A stretch of DNA of 62,811 nucleotides, the filler included, from Deltaproteobacteria bacterium (GTDB taxonomy: Bacteria; JAEEML01), in assembly GCA_016283195.1 (NCBI GenBank). It is 3 parts of 3 records of this genome, joined end to end, with 100 filler letters (N's around TTAATTAATTAA, not from the genome) between each part and the next. Parts side by side here need not be neighbours in the genome. Positions count along the whole stretch, not along the records: positions 24,086 to 52,705 come from JAEEML010000085.1; 2 more parts are not named here. The stretch is one strand, 5' to 3'. Under the pieces are notes generated by a model. The model did not search any database, had not been told where the DNA came from, and saw only the letters and a program-made list of their open reading frames with translations. Shown here one piece after another: positions 28,250 through 37,474 of the stretch; the stretch's first letter is position 1; each line of letters starts with the position of its first letter. Both the position numbers and the translations under genes were made by a program.

Positions 28250-31200
28250 ATGAGAATTCAATCGATGTTCAAAGACGACATTAACCGTAAAATCAACGGT
28301 GTCGTCAAAGTCGACCAAGATGAAAGTGGCGTGCTCGTACAGGAACTGAATGAGTATGTCATCACCAGAGAACTGAAGAAGCACTTCATCACCTTTTTCA
28401 ACAACTACATTGAATCCTTCAATGAGGATACTGCCGATATCGGCGTCTGGATCTCCGGCTTCTTCGGAAGTGGTAAATCTCACTTTTTGAAAATGCTGTC
28501 ATATCTTCTGGAAAACAAAGAAGTTCAGGGTATTCGAACGGTGGAACGCTTCCGGACAAAGTTCGCAGATGACCCATCCACTTTTATGCTGATTGACCGC
28601 GCCACCAAGGGCCTGACCCACACCATTCTCTTTAATATCGACATCGAAGGTTCTATCAACAAGGACAAGACTGCCGTGCTGCGTGTTTTTGCCAAGATGT
28701 TCTATAACTACCTAGGCTTCTATGGTGAGAATCTTAAAGTCGCCAAACTGGAGCAGTTTATTGCGAAAAAGGGGAAGACCGAAGAGTTCCGGCGCGTGTT
28801 CGAAGAGAAGAACGGTGCCTCTTGGCTGGAATCCCGCGATGCTTATGCTTTCTTAGAGGATGACATCGTAGCCACTCTACAGGAAGTACTCAGCATGAGC
28901 GAACAGGCCGCCAGCAACTGGTTCAATGGAACTGAAACGGTAGAGACATCCATTGCGCAGCTCGTTTCGGAAATCAAGGAATATGTAGGCAGCAAGCCAG
29001 ATGACTTTCGTCTTCTGTTTATGATCGACGAAGTCGGCCAGTACGTCGGCGGCGATACCGACTTTCTTATCAACCTGCAGTCTCTCGTAGAGAAGATCGG
29101 CAGTGAGTGCATGGGTAAGGTTTGGGTGGTATGCACTGGGCAGGAAGCCATCGACGAGATCATCAAAGCCCGTGAGAACGAGTTCTCACGCATTCAGGCC
29201 CGTTTTAAGACTCGCTTGTCCCTGTCCTCTTCCTCTGCTGATGAAGTCATCCAGAAGCGTATTCTACTGAAGACTGACGAGGCTAAGCAGAAGCTGGAAC
29301 AGGTCTATAGCACTAATGATTCAGTACTACGAAACCTGTTCTCCTTCACCGACGCCATGCTGGATATTAAGGGATATTCCGGTGCGGGCGAGTTTGCGCG
29401 AAACTTCCCGTTTGTGCCATACCAGTTCATTCTGATGCAGAAGGTATTTGCGGAAATCCGGAAACACGGCAATTCCGGCAAACACCTCTCTGAGGGTGAG
29501 CGCTCCATGCTCTCCGGTTTCCAAGAAGCTGCCCAGAAGATCAAGGAGAAGGACGAGTACGCACTGGCTCCGTTCTACCTCTTCTACGATACCGTTCATA
29601 CCTTCCTCGACAGCTCCATTCGCCGCGTGATCGAACGTTGCGAACGAGCAGCAATCGACGGTAACGGCATCGAGCCGCAGGACGTGGACGTACTAAAACT
29701 CTTATATCTTGTCCGCTATGTTGATGATATAAAAGCCAATCTCGACAACATTGTCATCTTAATGGCGGACGATATCCGACTGGACAAGATCACTATGCGT
29801 GAGCAGGTGCGCGGCTCTCTTGATCGCCTCATGAGCCAGAATTATATCGGACGTACCGGCGATACTTACAATTTCCTGACCGACGAGGAGCAGGATATCC
29901 AGCGCGAGATCAAGAACACGCCTGTGGCGACAGCGGACATAGTAAGTCGTATTGCTCAGATGATCTTCGCGGATATCTATACTACTAAGAAGTTCCGCTA
30001 TGGCAAGTACGACTTCTCCTTTGACCAGATGGTGGACGGGCAGGCGGTTGGTGCACTGACAGGCGGCATGATGCTACGTGTCCTGACCGTGGCTACTGAT
30101 CCCACGGAGAAGAATGAACTGCGACTGATGACTGAGTCCAGCGGCAAGGCCGTTGTGGTGCTGGCAGAGAATCCTTACTACGAATCTCTGGAGAGCGCCA
30201 TGAAGATTCGCAAGTATGTTAAGCAGCGCAACATTGCACAGCTCCCGAAGTCCGTGCAGGATATTATTCGCGACCAACAGGACGAGGCTGGTAAATATGA
30301 ACTCACCGCTACTGACGAAGTGAAGAAGGCCATCACCGATGCGGAATTCTATGTGGACGGCGAGCATATAGAAATCAAGGGTAGTGATGCCAAGAGCAAG
30401 ATTGACCAGACTCTTGAGTATCTGGTTGCCCACGTTTACAACGAACTCGGCCTGATTACCAAGTTTGCCGAGACTGATGCCGATATCTACAAAGTTCTCC
30501 ACGGCGAGGAGAATTACCAACCGGGTACCGAGCCCAACCGAGACGCGGCTGCCAAGGTCGAGAAGTATTTGGAGATCCAGTTCAATCAGAATCTCCCGAC
30601 CACCATGTCCGACCTGCAGAATCGGTTTCAGAAAAAGCCCTATGGCTGGCGCGAGATCGACATTGCCTCCGTCGTGGCTATGCTGATCTACGACCAAAAG
30701 GTCACCATTAAGTACGGCGGGGCGACCATACAGCCCAGCGATCCTAAGCTGCCGGATATGCTTAGAAAAAAGAGTGAAATCGGCAAAACTTCCATTTCCA
30801 AGCGTTTGGTTGTATCAATCCAGAAAATCCGAGAGGTCCGGGGCTTCCTGCGCGATTTCTTTAATGAGATGGATGTACCGGATGATGAAGATGGTCTGAT
30901 TGCCCATATCGTAGATAAGTTCAAAGGCGAGCTAGACCACTATACTAAGCTAAATGCCCGGTATAATGGGCACAAGTATCCGGATCAGAACAAGGTCAAA
31001 CAGGCCATAGCGCTGTTTAATGACATTCTCTCCCAACAGAAGGACAACACAGCGCTGATCCAGCGCGTCATCGATCGGGAAGACACTCTCTATATTACGC
31101 GTGATGAATTGCAGGAGGTCGAGGAGTTCTTCAAGACACGTGTCACTCTGTTTGATACTGCTGTGCAGTATGAGCAGGATCTTGCTGTTGACTGTTACTA

Positions 31201-31804
31201 TATAGAAAAGGATGAAGAATCCCTTCAAGCGTTGAACCGGATTCGCTCGATCACCATGATACCCAACGGAGGCAAGTTCCAGTATAATCGCATTCCTGAA
31301 CTCAATGAACTTATGGCGAAGGTGAAAGCCTCACATGATAAGATGTTAAATGCCAAACGCGAGGATATTTTGGAAATCGTTCGCCAGTGCATGAAAGAGA
31401 TTCATAACCTTGCTGGTGACAACAGCACTGCAAGAAATGTTTCGAATACAGCCGATAACTTCTTCACCCAGAAAGAGCAGCAAATTGCTTCTTATCAAAC
31501 ACTGGCATTGTTGGATGGGCTTGTACCTCCGATTTGGCAATATAAAGACGAAGTAGTCAACAAAATCGACGCAATACTTCATCCACAAGTAAAGCGCACA
31601 CCTTCGACAGATAGCAAAGAAACTGCTAAAACGTGTGAAGTTCCTATGCAAACGAAAAAGGAAGTTATTAAAACTATCCACCGTCAGGCGATATTCCCGG
31701 CAAAGACCTTAAAGACTGAGGAAGATATCGATAGTTATGTAGAGATGATTCGCAGCAATATGAAGCAGTTATTGAAGGAATGTGACGGCATAAAGCTGAA
31801 CTAA
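28250..31804 (+). CDS. brxC: BREX P-loop ATPase BrxC
   Basis: INGVVKV, ELNEYVIT, WISGFFGSGKSHFLK, IDEVGQY and PYGWRE motifs. Confidence 0.95.
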   Translation: MRIQSMFKDDINRKINGVVKVDQDESGVLVQELNEYVITRELKKHFITFFNNYIESFNEDTADIGVWISGFFGSGKSHFLKMLSYLLENKEVQGIRTVERFRTKFADDPSTFMLIDRATKGLTHTILFNIDIEGSINKDKTAVLRVFAKMFYNYLGFYGENLKVAKLEQFIAKKGKTEEFRRVFEEKNGASWLESRDAYAFLEDDIVATLQEVLSMSEQAASNWFNGTETVETSIAQLVSEIKEYVGSKPDDFRLLFMIDEVGQYVGGDTDFLINLQSLVEKIGSECMGKVWVVCTGQEAIDEIIKARENEFSRIQARFKTRLSLSSSSADEVIQKRILLKTDEAKQKLEQVYSTNDSVLRNLFSFTDAMLDIKGYSGAGEFARNFPFVPYQFILMQKVFAEIRKHGNSGKHLSEGERSMLSGFQEAAQKIKEKDEYALAPFYLFYDTVHTFLDSSIRRVIERCERAAIDGNGIEPQDVDVLKLLYLVRYVDDIKANLDNIVILMADDIRLDKITMREQVRGSLDRLMSQNYIGRTGDTYNFLTDEEQDIQREIKNTPVATADIVSRIAQMIFADIYTTKKFRYGKYDFSFDQMVDGQAVGALTGGMMLRVLTVATDPTEKNELRLMTESSGKAVVVLAENPYYESLESAMKIRKYVKQRNIAQLPKSVQDIIRDQQDEAGKYELTATDEVKKAITDAEFYVDGEHIEIKGSDAKSKIDQTLEYLVAHVYNELGLITKFAETDADIYKVLHGEENYQPGTEPNRDAAAKVEKYLEIQFNQNLPTTMSDLQNRFQKKPYGWREIDIASVVAMLIYDQKVTIKYGGATIQPSDPKLPDMLRKKSEIGKTSISKRLVVSIQKIREVRGFLRDFFNEMDVPDDEDGLIAHIVDKFKGELDHYTKLNARYNGHKYPDQNKVKQAIALFNDILSQQKDNTALIQRVIDREDTLYITRDELQEVEEFFKTRVTLFDTAVQYEQDLAVDCYYIEKDEESLQALNRIRSITMIPNGGKFQYNRIPELNELMAKVKASHDKMLNAKREDILEIVRQCMKEIHNLAGDNSTARNVSNTADNFFTQKEQQIASYQTLALLDGLVPPIWQYKDEVVNKIDAILHPQVKRTPSTDSKETAKTCEVPMQTKKEVIKTIHRQAIFPAKTLKTEEDIDSYVEMIRSNMKQLLKECDGIKLN

Positions 31805-31815
31805 GGAAGAACCCC

Positions 31816-34371
31816 ATGAACAAAAACGCCATCAAGAACTACGCTGTCTGGGCAAGGCGTGAGCTGATCAATCGTGTCTCCCAGCGCGCCATGATGTACG
31901 GAATCACAGCGAAAGATGCCGGTGACACCAATGCGGAGAGCGTGAACGGCCACCTTCTGTCTCAAACAGAGAAGCGGCAGCGGCAGGCGCTGATCCGTAG
32001 CATTCAGGGAAAAGGCTATGAGCAGGTCATAGAGGAAGTGGCCTACACATGGTTCAATCGTTTTGCCGCCTTGCGCTTCATGGAGGTCAACGGTTATCTG
32101 CCGTCTCACATACGCGTATTCACCAACGATGCAGGCGAATTCAAACCACAGATACTCGCCGAAGCCATCCATTTGGAGTTGGATGGCTTGGACATGAAGA
32201 AAGTCTATACGCTGGAGAATGACAACAAGAGCGAGGAGCTGTTCAAATACCTGCTGACTGTACAGTGCAATGCGTTAAACAGCATTCTGCCCGGCATGTT
32301 CCAAAGAATTGACGATTACACCGAGTTGTTGCTCCCCGATTACCTACTTCGCGAGGGTAGCGTCATCGAGCAGTTGGTCACAACGATCCCCGAGGAAGAC
32401 TGGACAGACCAGGTGCAGATCATCGGATGGCTATACCAGTATTATAACAGTGAACCCAAGGACAAAGTCTTTGCCGATCTCAAGAAGAACATCAAGATCA
32501 CCAAGGAAAACATCCCTGCGGCGACGCAGCTCTTTACGCCGGACTGGATTGTGCATTACATGGTCGAGAATAGTCTCGGTCGGCTATGGATAGAGAGAAA
32601 AATAGTTGGAAGTTCTGAGTTGGTAGTTGGTAGCTCTGACTACGAGGAGAAGCGTCAACAGATAGAAAAAACGTTGGTCGAAAAATTCGGCTGGAAATAC
32701 TATCTCCCCGAAGCCAAGCAAGAACCTGAGGTACGGAAAAAACTAATCACTAACCACTACTCACTACCCACTGCTCCGCAGGAGCTCCGCGTCATCGATC
32801 CCTGCTGTGGATCTGGGCACATTCTCTGCGTTCTCTTTGACGTACTCATCCGAATCTATGAGGATTATGGCTATACGTCGCGAGAGGCGGCAACCGAAAT
32901 CGTCGAGAACAACCTATGGGGATTGGACATCGATGAACGAGCGGCACAGCTGTCCTATTTCGCCGTGATGATGAAGGCTCGCCAGTATGACCGACGTTTC
33001 TTTACACGGAATGTGCAGCCCCATGTTTACTCCCCCAAAGGCTATCCTGAAGGATTGGAATACGGTTCACTCATTACCGTGGAATCGCTTGAACCCGCAC
33101 CAGAACAAACCAATCGAGAACTGTTTGATGAAAAATATAGCCATGCCCTAAACCGATGGAACTTCCGACATGCACTCAGCCAGAAGTATCACGTCGTAGT
33201 GACGAATCCGCCGTATATGGGCAATAGTGGTATGGGGGCAAAACTTGCGGAATTTGTAAAGAGTCAATTTCCTGATAGCAAAAGCGATTTATTTGCCTGC
33301 TTTATTGAACGATGCCGCAATATGATCAACGAAAGTGGCTATCAAGCCATGATTACGCAACATGCCTGGATGTTCTTGTCGAGTTTTGAAAACTTGCGTA
33401 AAAAGATGCAGACAATTGATACGATAAATATGGCCCACCTTGGTGCAAGAGCATTTGAAGAAATTGGTGGTGAGGTTGTTCAAACAACTACATTTGTATT
33501 AAGAAATATATATACTAAAGATTACAAAAGTACGTATTGCCGACTGATTGACCCCACGACACAACAAGGAAAAGAAGATATGTTTTTGTCGGGGGAGAAC
33601 CGCTATATTGCCAATCAGTCCAACTTCTCCAAAATCCCGGGGTCGCCTGTGGCGTATTGGGTGAGTGAGAAAATGCTTACTTGTTTTATTCAAAGTCAAA
33701 GTCTTGGAAAAGTCTTTAAGTTGCTTGCAGGTACTTCTACGGGCGATAATACCCTTTATCAGCGTTTTTGGTATGAGGTTAATTATAATAATATTTCATT
33801 ATATCCAGATAACAGTAAAAGATGGTTTCCGTGTAACACGGGGGGCAGTTTCTATAAATATGCTTCAAATAGCACCACTGTGATTGATTGGGAAAATGAT
33901 GGATGTCGAATTCGTAATCATATAAATGGTAAGGGAAAAATTGGTTCAGCAATTCGTAATAGAGAGTATTATTTTCGTTCTGGTATTACTTGGAACAAAC
34001 TGAGTTCTTCTAACTTTGGAGTTCGATTCGTTCCAGAAGGATATATTTCAGATGATACTGCAAGAATGATTATCTCTCGCTCATTAGAACAGCAATATTA
34101 TTTGTTAGCTTTTTTATGTTCTAATGTCTGCCAGAACTTTTTGGCAATGTTATCACCTACTTTGAGCTTTACAAATTCTGAGTTGGAACGATTGCCATTC
34201 TTTGAATCCAATAATCAAGGGGTGTATTCAAACATCATTAACTTATCTAAAGATAATCATTTCCAGAGTTTAAATGATGTTTCTTCCTTTGAAACGTCGT
34301 GGGATTTTTCCCGTCATCCGTTGTTGCCTAAGCGAGATTCCAACAAAGGAGAGGAGAACGGAAATGCCTGA
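31816..34371 (+). CDS. pglX: BREX adenine methyltransferase PglX, N-terminal part (MTase motifs + TRD)
   Basis: EEVAYTWFNR, PAATQLFTPDWIV, DPCCGSGH and VTNPPY motifs. Ends just after SFETSWDF.RHPL. Confidence 0.92.
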   Translation: MNKNAIKNYAVWARRELINRVSQRAMMYGITAKDAGDTNAESVNGHLLSQTEKRQRQALIRSIQGKGYEQVIEEVAYTWFNRFAALRFMEVNGYLPSHIRVFTNDAGEFKPQILAEAIHLELDGLDMKKVYTLENDNKSEELFKYLLTVQCNALNSILPGMFQRIDDYTELLLPDYLLREGSVIEQLVTTIPEEDWTDQVQIIGWLYQYYNSEPKDKVFADLKKNIKITKENIPAATQLFTPDWIVHYMVENSLGRLWIERKIVGSSELVVGSSDYEEKRQQIEKTLVEKFGWKYYLPEAKQEPEVRKKLITNHYSLPTAPQELRVIDPCCGSGHILCVLFDVLIRIYEDYGYTSREAATEIVENNLWGLDIDERAAQLSYFAVMMKARQYDRRFFTRNVQPHVYSPKGYPEGLEYGSLITVESLEPAPEQTNRELFDEKYSHALNRWNFRHALSQKYHVVVTNPPYMGNSGMGAKLAEFVKSQFPDSKSDLFACFIERCRNMINESGYQAMITQHAWMFLSSFENLRKKMQTIDTINMAHLGARAFEEIGGEVVQTTTFVLRNIYTKDYKSTYCRLIDPTTQQGKEDMFLSGENRYIANQSNFSKIPGSPVAYWVSEKMLTCFIQSQSLGKVFKLLAGTSTGDNTLYQRFWYEVNYNNISLYPDNSKRWFPCNTGGSFYKYASNSTTVIDWENDGCRIRNHINGKGKIGSAIRNREYYFRSGITWNKLSSSNFGVRFVPEGYISDDTARMIISRSLEQQYYLLAFLCSNVCQNFLAMLSPTLSFTNSELERLPFFESNNQGVYSNIINLSKDNHFQSLNDVSSFETSWDFSRHPLLPKRDSNKGEENGNA

Positions 34372-34472
34372 AAGTATGAGATCTGAACAACGTTATGTAA
34401 CTTTTCCAACGGCTTGTGGGGAAAATTCAACAATCGCTCATCAAACAGAAGCTATGGTAAAGGAGTGAACAA

Positions 34473-35744
34473 ATGGCGATCATCGAAGGCATTCGGATCA
34501 AAAATTACAGGGCTTTGCATGACATCACCATGGGAAGGCTTTGGAATCGACAGAATGAAAAACCGCTAAAAGCATTGACCGTAGTCATCGGTAAAAATGG
34601 TGCTGGAAAAAGCACGCTGTTCGATGCGTTTGGATTCCTCGCAGACTGTATGAAACTCGGTGTGGAAGAAGCGTGTGATGCTCGCGGACGTGGGGGATAT
34701 GATAAAATTTATTCTCAAGGTGCAGAAGGGCCAATGGAATTTGAAGTGTACTATAAGGAAAATAGTGCATCTCGGCCAATCACATACGAGATTGCTATTG
34801 GTCTGGATGAGCAAGAACGCCCAATTATTCTAAAGGAACGGCTCAGACAACGTCGTAAAGGTCAAAAACGTGGCTGGCCTTTTTCTTTTCTTATCCTTGA
34901 TAAGGGAAAGGGGTTGGCATGGAAAGGTGAATATGAAGGCCATCAGTTTGATGATACCAGTCTGTTTGATTACGTTGCATATATGCAGAATCATCAGGAA
35001 GAATCCAATCAAACAGAGGTCGTTGAGCTGACAGATATCAGCAAACCAGGCATTACCACTCTGGGAGCCCTTAAACAGCATCCGAGAATCTCTGCATTTC
35101 GAAGCTTTCTTGAAAATTGGTATTTATGTTATTTTACACCCGATGCAGCTCGCAGCCTTCCATTGTCTGGACCTCAAAAGCATTTAAACCTGCATGGCGA
35201 CAATCTTGGGAATGTCGTGCAATTCATGGAACGAGAGCATGGAAAGCGCCTTCATCGGATACTCGACAGTATTTCGCAAAAGATTCCAGGTCTGCAAAAG
35301 ATCGATACTGAAAAAACGAGTGATGGAAGATTATTGTTAAGATTCTTTAACCAGGGATTTGAACGTCCGTTTTATGCACAGCAGATTTCCGATGGCACAC
35401 TCAAGGTCTTTGCTTATATGTTGTTGCTTGAAGATCCATCTCCCGCTTCGTTGCTTTGTATTGAAGAACCAGAGAATGGTATTTATCACAAACTACTCAA
35501 CACGCTTGTCGAAGAATTTAGGGCATTTGTATCCAATAGCAAAACGCAGTCGCAGGTGATCGTGACGACGCATCAGCCTTATTTTTTGGATGCGGTCGAA
35601 CCAGATGAGGTTTGGGTCCTGGAAAAGCAATCCGATGGTTTTAGTACGATCACAAGGGCGGATTCCATCGAGTTCGTTCAGAATATGTTTGAAGAAGGAC
35701 AACCGCTTGGTAGCCTCTGGTACAGCGATTATTTCGATAAATAA
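34473..35744 (+). CDS. ABC-type ATPase (AAA_21/AAA_15; AriA-like) nested in pglX
   Basis: GKNGAGKST, ISDGTLK signature, CIEEPENG and VTTHQP motifs. Confidence 0.85.
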   Translation: MAIIEGIRIKNYRALHDITMGRLWNRQNEKPLKALTVVIGKNGAGKSTLFDAFGFLADCMKLGVEEACDARGRGGYDKIYSQGAEGPMEFEVYYKENSASRPITYEIAIGLDEQERPIILKERLRQRRKGQKRGWPFSFLILDKGKGLAWKGEYEGHQFDDTSLFDYVAYMQNHQEESNQTEVVELTDISKPGITTLGALKQHPRISAFRSFLENWYLCYFTPDAARSLPLSGPQKHLNLHGDNLGNVVQFMEREHGKRLHRILDSISQKIPGLQKIDTEKTSDGRLLLRFFNQGFERPFYAQQISDGTLKVFAYMLLLEDPSPASLLCIEEPENGIYHKLLNTLVEEFRAFVSNSKTQSQVIVTTHQPYFLDAVEPDEVWVLEKQSDGFSTITRADSIEFVQNMFEEGQPLGSLWYSDYFDK

Positions 35745-35756
35745 TGGAGTTGAAGC

Positions 35757-36428
35757 ATGCATTTTGAATTTCTCGTCGAAGGACAATGCGAGCTGACGGC
35801 ATTATCTATCCTGATGTCAAAGATACTAGGGCCCTATCAGGAACCACACACCTGGAAGATTCATAAGCATCGGGGAATCGGCAAATTTCCAGAAGATCCA
35901 GCCCAAAAGCCATCAGCTGGCGATGGGTCTTTGCTTCATAATTTATCTTCCAAACTGAGAGCTTACGGTCATGAAGAGAAAAAAGATCTTGTCGTCGTGG
36001 TTCTCGTTGATTTAGACGATCGTCCGGATTGCCGTGTATTTAAACAGGAATTGCTTCATCAGCTGGATTTCTGCGTAAATAAGCCGAATACTTTATTTCG
36101 TATCGCAATCGAAGAACTGGAAGCATGGTATTTAGGTGACCGAAAAGCCATTGCACAGGCTTATCCCAATGCTCGTTTCGAAATCCTGAATCATTATACA
36201 CAAGACTGCATTTGTGGCACCTGGGAACTGCTTGCCAAAGTTGTAAATGATAGAGATGTGCAGGAATTGTTGGCATCAAAGAGACGTTCAACACGACTGC
36301 TTGAAGCGAAAGTGCAATGGGCAAAAAAGATAACGCCTTGGATGGATATTGAACAGAATCTATCACCGAGTTTTGTTGTATTCAGAGATGGGGTTAGACG
36401 GCTTGCAGGAAATCACGTTGGTAGTTGA
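35757..36428 (+). CDS. DUF4276-like TOPRIM-fold partner of the ABC ATPase
   Basis: FLVEG, VLVDLD, IAIEELEAWYLGD and N.SPSF..F motifs. Confidence 0.75.
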   Translation: MHFEFLVEGQCELTALSILMSKILGPYQEPHTWKIHKHRGIGKFPEDPAQKPSAGDGSLLHNLSSKLRAYGHEEKKDLVVVVLVDLDDRPDCRVFKQELLHQLDFCVNKPNTLFRIAIEELEAWYLGDRKAIAQAYPNARFEILNHYTQDCICGTWELLAKVVNDRDVQELLASKRRSTRLLEAKVQWAKKITPWMDIEQNLSPSFVVFRDGVRRLAGNHVGS

Positions 36429-36469
36429 TCGTAACACTTGGAAAACATGGATTTTAAGGAGAATCACGC

Positions 36470-37456
36470 ATGGGTTACTTGATTTCTGATCAATATAATG
36501 CCTGGGCACAGGAATGCGAGAATCGTTTCAACCAGCTCAAAGCCAATGAAGAAGAACTCAACCGCATCTTTATCGATATCTATGGCTTGCAGGACGAACT
36601 CACACCCGAAGTCGAAGATAAGGACGTGACGGTCCGCAAGGCGGATTTGCAGCGAGAGATTAAAAGCCTGATTTCGTATGCAGTGGGCTGCATGTTCGGA
36701 AGGTATTCGCTGGATAAGGATGGTTTGATTTTCGCTGGTGGTGAGTTTAGTGATCAGTGGTTAGTGGTGAATCCGGATCGAAGCCAAAAGCTGGATGCCC
36801 ATAAGAGTCTTTGCTACTTGCGCGAGGTTGCCGAGAATGCGGAAATCACGGATTTGATGCGCACTCATTTCGGGGTCGATGCAGATAACATCATACCTGT
36901 GACAGACGATGAATACTTCGAGGACGACATTGTGAGCCGTTTTGTGAAGTTCGTTGAAGTCGCTTATAGCAAAGATACGCTTGAAGAAAACCTGTCGTTT
37001 ATTGCAAATGCGCTTGGTGGCAAAGGTTCCTCGCGTGAAGTTATTCGCAAGTACTTCCTCAACGATTTCTTTGAGGATCACTGCAAAATCTATCAGAAAC
37101 GTCCGATTTACTGGCTATTTGACAGCGGCAAGAAGAATGGCTTCAAGTGCCTGATTTACATGCATCGTTATCAACCAGACACCATTGCCCGCATCCGCAC
37201 CGACTATGTTCACGAACAGCAGAGCCGCTACGACACCGCCATCGACAACATCAACTCGCAGCTCAACAGCCTAACGGGTTCCAACCTCGTCAAGCATAAA
37301 AAGCAGCTCGCCAAGCTCACCGCCCAAAAAGACGAACTCCACGCCTACGAAGAAAAGATCCACCACCTCGCCGACCAGATGATCAAAATCGATTTGGATG
37401 ATGGCGTCAAGGTGAACTACGCGAAGTTTGACAGTGTATTGGCTAAGGTGAAGTAA
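36470..37456 (+). CDS. pglX: PglX C-terminal part, with its own RBS and ATG
   Basis: [49 protein letters not shown] and [11 protein letters not shown] motifs. TAAGGAG precedes the ATG. Confidence 0.92.
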   Translation: MGYLISDQYNAWAQECENRFNQLKANEEELNRIFIDIYGLQDELTPEVEDKDVTVRKADLQREIKSLISYAVGCMFGRYSLDKDGLIFAGGEFSDQWLVVNPDRSQKLDAHKSLCYLREVAENAEITDLMRTHFGVDADNIIPVTDDEYFEDDIVSRFVKFVEVAYSKDTLEENLSFIANALGGKGSSREVIRKYFLNDFFEDHCKIYQKRPIYWLFDSGKKNGFKCLIYMHRYQPDTIARIRTDYVHEQQSRYDTAIDNINSQLNSLTGSNLVKHKKQLAKLTAQKDELHAYEEKIHHLADQMIKIDLDDGVKVNYAKFDSVLAKVK

Positions 37457-37474
37457 GAGAGGATATTTCGTAGC

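Noticed and set aside
34363-34468. 34-aa ORF (MPESMRSEQ...) between pglX-N and the ATPase
   Set aside because: It has an RBS and may couple translation, but there is no recognisable motif and it is too short to call.
34372-36469. Intein or self-splicing intron in pglX
   Set aside because: The N-half has a stop codon. There are no intein termini, RT/maturase, homing endonuclease or recognisable intron structure.
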